From the NCBI RefSeq assembly GCF_018644675.1, contig NZ_JABGQC010000001.1: a stretch of DNA of 64,000 nucleotides; one strand, written 5' to 3'. The translations under genes were made by a program, and so were the position numbers. The DNA comes from Candidatus Thioglobus sp. (GTDB taxonomy: Bacteria > Pseudomonadota > Gammaproteobacteria > PS1 > Pseudothioglobaceae). Of the stretch, positions 19,545 through 28,411 are shown one piece after another. The notes under the pieces are model-generated. The model saw only the letters and a list, made by a program, of their open reading frames with translations, had not been told where the DNA came from and searched no databases. Within the stretch, counting starts at the first letter, position 1. The number at the start of each line of letters is the position of its first letter.

Positions 19545-20806
19545 AACATCATCTCGTTAAGGGGATAAAAATTAATCATTTCACCCGATTTAAAAACACT
19601 TTTTTCAGGAATTTCTGCAAAGCCATCTGCCCAGACCATTGAGGATAGAACGTCAGAGCCTTGTTTAGGATATTGATCTGCTTTAGCTGGAATGCTTGAT
19701 TGGTTCAGTTGAACACGCACAAATTCACGCCTTGGTTTGGGTCTGTGCCAGTCAAAATTAGCAGCTACTTTAAAATTGGTATTTAAGTAGTGACTACACC
19801 CTTGTATTTTTTTAATAAACGGACGAGCAAATAAAAGAAAAGTCACCATGGCTGAGACAGGATTTCCTGGTAGTCCAATAAAGGCTGATTGACCAACTTG
19901 ACCAAAGGCCAACGGCTTGCCAGGTTTCATTTTAATGCGCCAAAGATCAAGCTTTCCAAGTTGCTCTACTGCAGGTTTAACATGGTCCTCTTCTCCAACA
20001 GAGACACCACCTGTGGTGATAATTAGATCGCATTTATCTTGAAGTAGAGCCAAGGCTTTAACGGTGTCATCAAGTGTATCTTGAACATGATTAAGATTAA
20101 TGATGTCACAGTCTAAATTTTTAAGTAGCGCAGTCAAGGCGTATCTATTTGAATCGTAGATTTGCCCAGGCTCTAGGGTGTCACCTGGCTTGACTAATTC
20201 ATCGCCAGTGAAAAATACACCTACTTTAATTTTTTTAAATACCTCTAATTGACCAATACCAATGGAGGCGGCCAATGCAATAGCTTGAGGCTTGAGTTTT
20301 AAACCTTTTTTTAGAATGATATCATCGATTTTAATATCATTGCCCATTGGTCTGATATTTTCATTCAGATTGATGGGGCGATAAATTTCAATTTTAGAAT
20401 CCCCTTCAATCAATTCGCATTCTTCTTGCATAATGACCGTATTAGCACCTTTAGGTGTTGGTGCGCCAGTAAATATTCGTGCTGCACACCCTGGCTTTAA
20501 TTCGTGCCCCGTGGTGCCAGCAGGAATTCTTCCAGTAATCTCAAATGAGATGCCGCCCGGAGTGTTTATTTGATCTTTTTTAAGATGAATGGCGTAGCCA
20601 TCCATAGCAGAGTTATCAAATCCGGGTACATTAATATTAGAAAGGATGTTGGTGGCAAGTATGCGCCCAAGCGCCTCGTCTAATGCTACGAATTCAGTAG
20701 CATTAATAACCTTAGCTGCATTGGTCAGGGTTGTGAGTGCCTGGTCGGTTGATAGTAGGGATTGTGGTATTTCGTCACAGCCGCATTCAACACTTTGATT
20801 ATTCAT
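19541..20806 (-). CDS. moeA: Molybdopterin molybdenumtransferase
   Basis: 421 aa. MoeA N/linker domains plus the MoCF domain ([12 protein letters not shown]). Overlaps the moaC start. Confidence 0.9.
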   Translation of the reverse strand: MNNQSVECGCDEIPQSLLSTDQALTTLTNAAKVINATEFVALDEALGRILATNILSNINVPGFDNSAMDGYAIHLKKDQINTPGGISFEITGRIPAGTTGHELKPGCAARIFTGAPTPKGANTVIMQEECELIEGDSKIEIYRPINLNENIRPMGNDIKIDDIILKKGLKLKPQAIALAASIGIGQLEVFKKIKVGVFFTGDELVKPGDTLEPGQIYDSNRYALTALLKNLDCDIINLNHVQDTLDDTVKALALLQDKCDLIITTGGVSVGEEDHVKPAVEQLGKLDLWRIKMKPGKPLAFGQVGQSAFIGLPGNPVSAMVTFLLFARPFIKKIQGCSHYLNTNFKVAANFDWHRPKPRREFVRVQLNQSSIPAKADQYPKQGSDVLSSMVWADGFAEIPEKSVFKSGEMINFYPLNEMML

Positions 20807-20884
20807 TTATTTCGTACTCTATTAATTTAAAAAAATGCATTTAATTGTATCACATGCGTATTAATTTACCGATAACATAACCAC

Positions 20885-21469
20885 ATGAAAAGTATAAGTA
20901 AACACGATGTTAGTGCCGTTATTCTTGCTGGCGGGCAAGCTTCGCGCATGGGTGGAAAAGACAAGGGCTTGATTTTGTTTAATCAAAAACCACTCATCCA
21001 ATATGCCGTCAATGTTGTTAGTCAATCGGTAGATAGTATATGGGTGAGTGCTAACAGAAACCTTGACCTATATCAAAAATTCGGCAGGGTGGTAACCGAT
21101 GAATTATCTGATTATCAAGGGCCATTAGCAGGCATTTCTGCCACATTGAGTCAGATTTCTACAAAATACTTGTTAATTATTCCATGTGATGGGCCTTATG
21201 TTGGCAATATATTGCTAGAAAGGCTTAGTCGTGAAATGTTAAAAAATCAGGCTAAGATATGTGTGGCGAGTGCGAATGGCCATTTGCATCCAACGTTTGC
21301 ATTGGTGGAGGTCTCCATCAAAACTCCGTTGGATGCGTACTTAGCTAGCGGGGAAAGAAGATTGGGGAAATTTTTCAAAGACAATCAAGCGCTTGAAGTG
21401 GACTTTTCAGATCTTGAGAAGATGTTTATTAATTTTAATTTTTTGACAGATTTGCAAGAATCTGAGTAA
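20885..21469 (+). CDS. mobA: Molybdenum cofactor guanylyltransferase
   Basis: 194 aa. N-terminal ILAGGQASRMGG nucleotide-binding motif. Confidence 0.85.
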   Translation: MKSISKHDVSAVILAGGQASRMGGKDKGLILFNQKPLIQYAVNVVSQSVDSIWVSANRNLDLYQKFGRVVTDELSDYQGPLAGISATLSQISTKYLLIIPCDGPYVGNILLERLSREMLKNQAKICVASANGHLHPTFALVEVSIKTPLDAYLASGERRLGKFFKDNQALEVDFSDLEKMFINFNFLTDLQESE

Positions 21470-21471
21470 TA

Positions 21472-22077
21472 GTGAATATTGAAATTTTTAATAAAATTTT
21501 GTTCTTTTGGTTTATATTTTTTGTGACACCAGGCCCAGTTTGGCTGGCCGTTATGGCAACAACTAATCAGCAAGCAGCAAAAGATATTGTTAAGTTTTTC
21601 TTTACTGTTTTTTTGAGTGTCAACCTAATCATTCAAGTCCCACAAGCCATTGTTAGCGTAGTATTTGTTGATATTATTACTCAGCTGTTTAGTGCTGCTG
21701 GCTATGTGTTTTATTTTCTTGGTGGTGCTTATATTTTATTTATGGCGGCAAAATCTTTTAAAGCAGGGTGGACTGACTCCCCACTTCAATTGAGTTTTGT
21801 TAACTTACTGATGATTATGCTGCTATCGCCCAAGATTTGGATTTTATTCCCTTCAGGCGCTGTTATCGCTAATCAATTAAATTTGGGGTTGATGGTGAAC
21901 GCTGGTATTTATGCGTTTATTATGTTTAGTGTCAGCTCAATACTATTTTACTTTTATGTGTTGATTGGAAAAATTGGCCAAAAATTATTAAAAGATAACT
22001 TTTCTTATTTGGTTACTTTTTTACTTGGTATTTTTGCAATGTTTTTATTCATACAAGGGTTTAAGCTAATTCTGTGA
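21472..22077 (+). CDS. LysE/RhtB-family small-molecule exporter
   Basis: 201 aa with six hydrophobic segments and the N-terminal FVTPGP motif. GTG start 3 nt after the mobA stop. Confidence 0.6.
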   Translation: MNIEIFNKILFFWFIFFVTPGPVWLAVMATTNQQAAKDIVKFFFTVFLSVNLIIQVPQAIVSVVFVDIITQLFSAAGYVFYFLGGAYILFMAAKSFKAGWTDSPLQLSFVNLLMIMLLSPKIWILFPSGAVIANQLNLGLMVNAGIYAFIMFSVSSILFYFYVLIGKIGQKLLKDNFSYLVTFLLGIFAMFLFIQGFKLIL

Positions 22078-22524
22078 TCGCCATTTATCGCTTTGTTGCA
22101 AGTCGCTGTCTTTTGCCTCTACCCATTTACTCTCAGTTGTCGTGTGTTCTTTTTTCCAAAAGGGTGCTTGAGTTTTAAGATAGTCCATTATAAATTCACA
22201 AGCCTCGAAAGCTGCTTTACGATGTTTGCTGGTGGTAATAACCAACACAATCTGATCATTAATTGATAATTCTCCAACCCGATGAATGACAGTTGTATTG
22301 CCAAGGGGCCAGCGTAATTGTGCTTGCTCCACAATAGAATTTAATGCTTTTTCTGTCATCCCTGGGTAATGCTCTAGCGTCATTTTATTAATGGATTCAT
22401 TGTCCAAATCACGCACCGTTCCAACAAAAGAAACCACAGCGCCAATGTCGCTGTCATTGCCTCTGGCTAGCGCCACTTCCATGGTTAGGTCAAAATCTTT
22501 TTCTTGTACAATAACTTTATTCAT
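22066..22524 (-). CDS. moaE: Molybdopterin synthase catalytic subunit
   Basis: 152 aa. GAVVSFVGTVRD, HYPGMTEK and APFWKKE motifs. Confidence 0.9.
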   Translation of the reverse strand: MNKVIVQEKDFDLTMEVALARGNDSDIGAVVSFVGTVRDLDNESINKMTLEHYPGMTEKALNSIVEQAQLRWPLGNTTVIHRVGELSINDQIVLVITTSKHRKAAFEACEFIMDYLKTQAPFWKKEHTTTESKWVEAKDSDLQQSDKWRSQN

Positions 22525-22589
22525 ACTTTTAATTATAGGACTATATATTGCAATGAGTTGTATTTTTATTCAGTTTATTCTAATATACT

Positions 22590-22598
22590 AAACAAAAT
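22590..22598 (+). promoter_or_regulatory. Extended -10 promoter element TGGTATAAT for the nas leader
   Basis: TGnTATAAT read directly. It is about 240 nt upstream of the nirB ATG. Confidence 0.4.
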
Positions 22599-22611
22599 TT
22601 GGTATAATTAC

Positions 22612-22648
22612 ACTCAGTTACTTCCCAAAGACGGGAACAGCAACAAAC
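22612..22648 (+). promoter_or_regulatory. ANTAR-type dual hexaloop hairpins (P1 TTCCC[AAAGAC]GGGAA; P2 AAAC[ACAGAC]GTTT)
   Basis: Both loops are 6 nt with A at position 1 and G at position 4. A 7-nt linker separates them. The P2 3' arm is part of the 5' arm of terminator T1. Confidence 0.45.
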
Positions 22649-22695
22649 ACAGACGTTTATTTTTTAAATCCATTTAAGTGGGTTTTAAAATAAGC
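22643..22695 (+). terminator. Leader terminator T1
   Basis: About 19-bp imperfect stem, ACGTTTATTTTTTAAATCCA / TGGGTTTTAAAATAAGCGT, followed by a T9 run. The U-tail is on the plus strand only. Confidence 0.7.
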
Positions 22696-22736
22696 GTTTT
22701 TTTTTGCCAATTTTAAAGATGAAATTGGCCCCAAGG
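22696..22736 (+). promoter_or_regulatory. Second possible dual-hexaloop module (P3 GCCAATTTT[AAAGAT]GAAATTGGC; P4 GGT[ATTGAA]GCC)
   Basis: P3 has a 9-bp stem. P4 has only 3 bp, but its 3' arm overlaps the 5' arm of T2. Both loops have A1/G4. Confidence 0.3.
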
Positions 22737-22785
22737 TATTGAAGCCGGCTATTAATCTATGCAATTTTGCTAGAGATAATAGCCG
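22732..22785 (+). terminator. Leader terminator T2, about 50 nt before the nirB start
   Basis: Perfect 13-bp stem AAGCCGGCTATTA / TAATAGCCGGCTT, with inner pairing as well, followed by a T8 run. Confidence 0.8.
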
Positions 22786-22837
22786 GCTTTTTTTTGGCTT
22801 AAAAAAAGTCATTGATTAACGCATATAGGTATAAAAA

Positions 22838-25219
22838 ATGAAAAATTTAGTAATTGTTGGTTCAGGTATGAGTGCTATGAAGGTGGTGGATGAGGTATTG
22901 AAAATAGATCCATTAATGTATCGCATCATCATTATTGGTGCAGAGACGGTAATGCCTTACAACAGGATTATGTTGTCACCAGTATTAGCTGGAGAGAAAG
23001 AGTTTGAAGATATCAAAACTCATGGTGAAGAATACTTTGTGCAAAACAATATTACTTTCAAGCCAGGCTATGAGGTTACTACTGTTGATAGAAAGTCCAA
23101 AAATGTATCTATTAGCAATATTCAAAGTCAAGAGAGTGATTTAATTAACTATGATCGCCTGGTTATTTGTACAGGATCAACGCCATTTATTTTGCCACTA
23201 CCTGGTAAAGAGCTTGATGGTGTGGTTTCATTTAGAGATATCTATGATGTTGAGTATATGCAGTCTAAGGCTGGTAAAAATTTGAAGGTGGCTGTTATTG
23301 GCACTGGGTTATTAGGTCTTGAGGCGGCAAATGGTTTAAATGAACTTGGATTTGATGTGACCGTTATTGGCAATATGAACTCCATTATGAATATGCAGTT
23401 AGATGCCTCTTCAGGTGGTTTACTGCAAAAGGTGTTAGAACAAAAAAATATCAATTTTAAGTTGAATGCAATTACAACTAATATTATTGGTCAAGAAAGT
23501 GTTGAATCATTAGAGTTTGAAGATGGATCAATGATGGATGTCGACATGGTAGTCATGTCAGTTGGTATTGTGCCAAATGATGAACTCGCTAAGAATATTG
23601 GCCTGCATACGGATCGAGGTATTATGGTTGGTGATACGATGATGACCTCAGATCCTGCTATTTATTCGGTGGGAGAATGTATTAAACATCGTGGCATGTC
23701 ATATGGATTGGTGGCACCATTATTCGAACAAGCTAGAGTTTGTGCAGAGCAAGTATGTGAAGTGTCGCACCATATGTATACCGGATCAGATATTTCCACT
23801 AAGCTAAAAATTTCTGGGGTGGATGTATTCTCAGCGGGCGAGTTTGACAATGAAGATGATGAGATTATGTGTTCTAAGGATCATTCATTAAACACTCGAA
23901 AACGCTTATCAATTAGAGATAACAAATTAGTGGGCGCAGTGCTTTTTGGTGACTCTACTGACGGTCTGTTTTATTTTGATTTAATTAAAAATGAAACAGA
24001 CATTACCGACTTGCGTAAAACTTTGTTATTTGGCGATATTAGCATTGATAGTGCTTCTGCTGGATCTGTTGGTGTTGAAAAAATGGCTAATGATGAGCAG
24101 GTTTGTGGCTGTTTGGGCGTGACCAAAGGCGACATTGTGACAGCTGTTGCTGGTGGTTGTGATAACTTTGAGGCCGTACAAGAGGAAACGGGTTGTGGCA
24201 CGGGTTGTGGTGGTTGTACATCAGTAGCAAAACAAATTTTTAGCTTTGTATCAGGTGCTGAATTGGTTGTCAAAGATACGCTATGTGATTGCACAACGCA
24301 CACCACCGAAGAAGTTCGGAAGTATGTTAGATCATTAGAAAAGCTAGTAGATATTGACAAGGTTAGATCATCTCTAGGGTTTGATGGATCATGTGAAAAA
24401 TGTGGTGCAGCAATCAACTACTACCTTTCTTCACAGTTTAATGAAGAGTATGAGCATAATGATCAAGAGCGACCACACAATGAAATGATGCACGCCAATC
24501 TGCAAAATGATGGTACTTATTCAATTGTGCCACAAATGCAGGGCGGACTAACAACACCAGAAGAGCTTAAAGCGTTAGCTGATATTGCTGTCAAATATGA
24601 AGTGCCAACCGTGAAAGTAACCGGTGGTCAGCGTATTGATTTACTAGGCATTCCTAAAGAAAATTTAAATGATATGTGGAGTGAAATTGCTGCTGCGGGC
24701 ATGGAGTCAGGTTATGCCTATGGTAAGGCAACTAGAACTTGCAAATCTTGTGTTGGTAAGGATCATTGTTTAATGGGAACTCAAGACTCGATGGGTCTAT
24801 CGATAAAAATGGAAGACGCCGTTTGGTCGCATTTTATGCCGCACAAATTCAAGATGGGTGTGAGTGGTTGTCCGCGTAACTGTGCGGAAGCAACCATTAA
24901 AGATTTTGGTGTTATTTGTACCGAAAAAGGCTATGAGATTCATGTGGCAGGTGCTTGTGGTATTCGCACCAAGGCTTGCCTAAAAGATCGATTCTTTGAA
25001 ACAGAAGACGAGGTAATTGAATATCTTAAAGCATTTACCCAACTTTATCGTATAGAGGCAAATTATTTAGAGCGTGTGATGCATTTTGAAGAGCGTGTAG
25101 GACTTGAATATATTCAATCAAAATTAGACACACCTGAAAAAATCAAGCATTGGGCAGCTCAACTACCTCAAAGCCTTAAAAATCCGTGGTTAACAACAAA
25201 TCATCGATTGTCTGTTTAA
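22838..25219 (+). CDS. nirB: NAD(P)H-dependent assimilatory nitrite reductase large subunit
   Basis: 793 aa. N-terminal FAD/NAD GSGMSA fold, BFD-like 2Fe-2S region (CGCLGVTKGDI, CGTGCGGC), and sirohaem/4Fe-4S site (CKSCVGKDHC, SGCPRNCAEA). Confidence 0.9.
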   Translation: MKNLVIVGSGMSAMKVVDEVLKIDPLMYRIIIIGAETVMPYNRIMLSPVLAGEKEFEDIKTHGEEYFVQNNITFKPGYEVTTVDRKSKNVSISNIQSQESDLINYDRLVICTGSTPFILPLPGKELDGVVSFRDIYDVEYMQSKAGKNLKVAVIGTGLLGLEAANGLNELGFDVTVIGNMNSIMNMQLDASSGGLLQKVLEQKNINFKLNAITTNIIGQESVESLEFEDGSMMDVDMVVMSVGIVPNDELAKNIGLHTDRGIMVGDTMMTSDPAIYSVGECIKHRGMSYGLVAPLFEQARVCAEQVCEVSHHMYTGSDISTKLKISGVDVFSAGEFDNEDDEIMCSKDHSLNTRKRLSIRDNKLVGAVLFGDSTDGLFYFDLIKNETDITDLRKTLLFGDISIDSASAGSVGVEKMANDEQVCGCLGVTKGDIVTAVAGGCDNFEAVQEETGCGTGCGGCTSVAKQIFSFVSGAELVVKDTLCDCTTHTTEEVRKYVRSLEKLVDIDKVRSSLGFDGSCEKCGAAINYYLSSQFNEEYEHNDQERPHNEMMHANLQNDGTYSIVPQMQGGLTTPEELKALADIAVKYEVPTVKVTGGQRIDLLGIPKENLNDMWSEIAAAGMESGYAYGKATRTCKSCVGKDHCLMGTQDSMGLSIKMEDAVWSHFMPHKFKMGVSGCPRNCAEATIKDFGVICTEKGYEIHVAGACGIRTKACLKDRFFETEDEVIEYLKAFTQLYRIEANYLERVMHFEERVGLEYIQSKLDTPEKIKHWAAQLPQSLKNPWLTTNHRLSV

Positions 25220-25233
25220 CTTAGGGAAATACT

Positions 25234-26700
25234 ATGGAAGATAAATTAAATCTATTTTCATTTAAAGGCAAGACTCGGATTCTGCATCTGACCTGGTTTG
25301 CTTTTTTCATGACTTTTGTTGTCTGGTTGAGTCTAGGTCCAATGATGCCCTTTATCCAAGAGGCATTATCATTAACTGAGCAGCAAGCAAAGGTATTGTT
25401 AATTTTAAATGTTGCCATGACCATTCCATCCAGAATTGTTGTGGGCATGCTGGTTGATAAATTTGGCCCCAAAATATTATTTTCAAGTATCTTAATTTTA
25501 GGTGGTCTTATATCTATTATTTTTAGCTGGATGCAAACGTACGAACAATTAGCGCTAATGAGATTTTTATCAGGCTTTATTGGCGCAGGTTTCGTAGTTG
25601 GTATTCGCATGATATCTGAATGGTTTCCAGCGAAACAAACGGGTGTTGCTCAGGGTATTTATGGTGGCTGGGGAAACTTTGGTTCAGCGGGTGCAGCAGT
25701 CTCTTTGCCATTCATTGCAGCCAGTTTTGGCGATGTTGATGGCTGGCGCTACGCCATTACTATCGCAAGTATTTTGGCGATTGCTTACGGTGTTTTTTAT
25801 TACTTTAATGTCACCAATACACCAAAAGGCTCAACCTACTTCAAGCCCAAAAAATCAGGTGCTATGGAAGTTAGTAATAAGTGGGATTTGCTACTGTATG
25901 TTTTGATGAATATACCGTTGTATTTAGCATTATCTCTATTAACCTGGAAGTTATCTCCGGCAAATATGAACATGATTTCATCTAATACTGAGCTGAGTGT
26001 GTATTTGATATTAGTGCTAGTATTTGTCTTACAAGTGTATAAGACTTGGCAGGTGAACGCTAGCATCCTCAAAGTGCCCGTGCCTAAACAGCATCAATAT
26101 AAATTTAAACAAGTGGCTATTTTAGATTGGGCATACTTTGTTACCTTCGGTACCGAGTTGGCAGTGGTTTCAATGTTGGCGATGTTTTATGTTGACTGGT
26201 TCGAATTGCCTAAAATTACAGCAGCATTATTGGCAGGTGTTTATCCATTCATTAATTTATTTGCCCGACCAGGCGGGGGTTATTTAAGTGATAAATACGG
26301 ACGAAAATTAACTTTAATTGTTGCCTTTTCGGGCGTTACCTTAAGTTTTATAGCTTTAGGAAATGTCGACAAAGGGTGGTCTATCTATGCCGTAGTTGCA
26401 TTAACCATCTTGGGCGGTATATTCTCCAAGGCAGGCTCAGGTGCAATTTTTGCTATGGTGCCACTGATTCAAAGACGGTTAACAGGTCAAATAGCTGGCA
26501 TGGCAGGTGCTTTTGGTAATGTGGGTGCCGTACTATTCCTAACTGTCAATTCATTGGTTGATTATGATCAGTTCTTTATGCTGATTGGCGCTGTTAGTTT
26601 TGTTGTTCTAGTGCTTATCGTGATTTTCCTAGAAGAGCCAAAAGGTCATATGACTGAAGTGCTAGATGATGGAACTGTTGAAATTATTAAATTAAACTAA
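25234..26700 (+). CDS. MFS nitrate transporter (NrtP/NasA-transporter type)
   Basis: 488 aa polytopic MFS protein, 14 nt after nirB, in the assimilation operon. Confidence 0.85.
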   Translation: MEDKLNLFSFKGKTRILHLTWFAFFMTFVVWLSLGPMMPFIQEALSLTEQQAKVLLILNVAMTIPSRIVVGMLVDKFGPKILFSSILILGGLISIIFSWMQTYEQLALMRFLSGFIGAGFVVGIRMISEWFPAKQTGVAQGIYGGWGNFGSAGAAVSLPFIAASFGDVDGWRYAITIASILAIAYGVFYYFNVTNTPKGSTYFKPKKSGAMEVSNKWDLLLYVLMNIPLYLALSLLTWKLSPANMNMISSNTELSVYLILVLVFVLQVYKTWQVNASILKVPVPKQHQYKFKQVAILDWAYFVTFGTELAVVSMLAMFYVDWFELPKITAALLAGVYPFINLFARPGGGYLSDKYGRKLTLIVAFSGVTLSFIALGNVDKGWSIYAVVALTILGGIFSKAGSGAIFAMVPLIQRRLTGQIAGMAGAFGNVGAVLFLTVNSLVDYDQFFMLIGAVSFVVLVLIVIFLEEPKGHMTEVLDDGTVEIIKLN

Positions 26701-26704
26701 GAAT

Positions 26705-28405
26705 ATGAAACAATTAAAAGTCACTGTCGACTCCTCCTCTATTGCTGGCATCAAGTCGGAAAATCAAGATGCTTGCTCTTATCATGTGCCTGATACCAAG
26801 GCGGTTGAATACAAAGGTGTTGCTGCGGTAATTTCTGATGGTGTTAGTGCATGTGAGCGTGCACGTGAGGCGAGCGCTTGTTGTGTTAATGGATTTTTAA
26901 GTGATTATTACTCAACACCTGATTCTTGGAGCGTTGAGCATTCAGCTACTAAGGTAATTTCCGCACTTAATAATTGGCTATATTCACAATCGATGAGGTC
27001 CAACGAAGTTTCTTCGATGCTTTCAACGCTTAGTGCGATTGTTTTTAAATCAAATATAGCGCATGTATTTCATGTTGGGGATTCACGAATTTATCGAATT
27101 CGTTCAGGTGTGTTGACTCAGATCACTAAAGATCATGTGCTTAATCTTAATAAAGAAAAAACCTATCTCTCCAGAGCAATGGGATTTGATCTTAAAATTA
27201 ATGTGGATTACCAGACATTTGATTTAGCATTGGATGATCAATTTTTAATGACAACAGATGGTGTGCACGACTATTTGGATAATTCATTGCTTGAAATACT
27301 CATGAATCGAGGATCGAAATCCAGTGATATTATTGATAGAGCAGTGAACAAAGGTAGCTTGGATAATTTATCCGCCATGATTGTTAAGATTGAGCAACTA
27401 CCTGAAAAAAATCTGAATGAGGCTTTTGATGAGTTAACCCAAAGACCGGTGCCACCTGATCTCACTCAGGGTATGAAAATTAATGGATTTGAGGTGGAAT
27501 CACTATTGGTGTCTAGTTCAAAGATGCAGCTCTATAAAGCCAAAGACATTGCCTCTTCTCAGTTAGTGGCACTCAAAACCCCATCGGTTAATTTTGAAGA
27601 TGACCCACAGTACTTAAAGAATTTTATGTATGAAAAATGGGTTGGTCAGCGTGTACAAAGCCCGCATGTAGTCAAGATTTACAACAATAATGAGCAGTCT
27701 AATTTTATGGCGTATGCGATGGAATACATCAAAGGTCAAACTTTACGAGCATGGATGGATGAGCATCCAAACCCAGAGGTTGAAGTGGTGGTTAGTTTTG
27801 TTAAGCAAATTATTCAAGGACTTCGAGCATTTCATCGTCAAGAGATGCTTCATTGTGATCTCAAGCCTGAAAATATCATGATTGATGAAATTGGCCAAAT
27901 TAAGCTTATTGATTTTGGCTCAGCAAGAATTGCAGGCGTTACAGAACTAGTCAGCCCTATTCATACCGTGGGTAATCAGGGTACGCAAGGGTATACTGCC
28001 CCTGAGGTAATTTTGGATGAGCGCGTTTCACAAGTCTCTGACCAATTTAGTTTGGGTGCTATTGTGTATGAGATGTTTGCCTCGACCTTGCCTTATGAAG
28101 ATAAGCTGGATAAAAATTTAAATGCCAAAAAATTGTCTAAATTAAGATATGAATCAACCCTTGTGCACAACCCTAATTTGCCAATATGGATTGATGGCGC
28201 TATTAGAAAAGCTTGCTGTCTCGATCACACCAAAAGGTACGAGGTTTTAAGTGAATTTTTATACGATTTAGAGTATCCGAATTCAAAATTTTTAAGCTTG
28301 CAAAAGGATAAAAAACCAGAATCTGAGCTAAACAAATACAGACTTTGGATAGCATTGTCTTTCGCGGTTAATTTTGTATTGCTGTTATTGTTAATTATTA
28401 AATAA
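26705..28405 (+). CDS. Bifunctional PP2C phosphatase / Hanks-type Ser-Thr protein kinase with a C-terminal membrane anchor
   Basis: PP2C motifs ENQDAC, ISDGVSA, VGDSRIY, TTDGVHD and DNLSAM. Kinase motifs ALKTP, HCDLKPENIM, DFGSAR and GTQGYTAPE. C-terminal LWIALSFAVNFVLLLLLII. Confidence 0.85.
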   Translation: MKQLKVTVDSSSIAGIKSENQDACSYHVPDTKAVEYKGVAAVISDGVSACERAREASACCVNGFLSDYYSTPDSWSVEHSATKVISALNNWLYSQSMRSNEVSSMLSTLSAIVFKSNIAHVFHVGDSRIYRIRSGVLTQITKDHVLNLNKEKTYLSRAMGFDLKINVDYQTFDLALDDQFLMTTDGVHDYLDNSLLEILMNRGSKSSDIIDRAVNKGSLDNLSAMIVKIEQLPEKNLNEAFDELTQRPVPPDLTQGMKINGFEVESLLVSSSKMQLYKAKDIASSQLVALKTPSVNFEDDPQYLKNFMYEKWVGQRVQSPHVVKIYNNNEQSNFMAYAMEYIKGQTLRAWMDEHPNPEVEVVVSFVKQIIQGLRAFHRQEMLHCDLKPENIMIDEIGQIKLIDFGSARIAGVTELVSPIHTVGNQGTQGYTAPEVILDERVSQVSDQFSLGAIVYEMFASTLPYEDKLDKNLNAKKLSKLRYESTLVHNPNLPIWIDGAIRKACCLDHTKRYEVLSEFLYDLEYPNSKFLSLQKDKKPESELNKYRLWIALSFAVNFVLLLLLIIK

Positions 28406-28411
28406 AGAAAT

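Noticed and set aside
22525-22837. Possibility that the structured 313-bp spacer is a Moco riboswitch controlling moaE on the minus strand.
   Set aside because: Both terminators have their U-tails on the plus strand only. The minus-strand read shows none of the conserved Moco-motif segments I remember. The moaE start is adjacent to the opposite end of the region.
23971-24417. 148-aa antisense ORF inside nirB. Similar antisense or off-frame ORFs occur inside other genes: 25221..25610, 32240..32761, 35732..36052, 41346..41648, 55724..56044, 56647..56964, 7334..7690, 18531..18926, and the many 60-90 aa ORFs within narG, narH, napA, pyrG and others.
   Set aside because: Each lies wholly inside a gene that has strong family signatures on the other strand or in another frame. 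They have no RBS and a composition typical of shadow ORFs.
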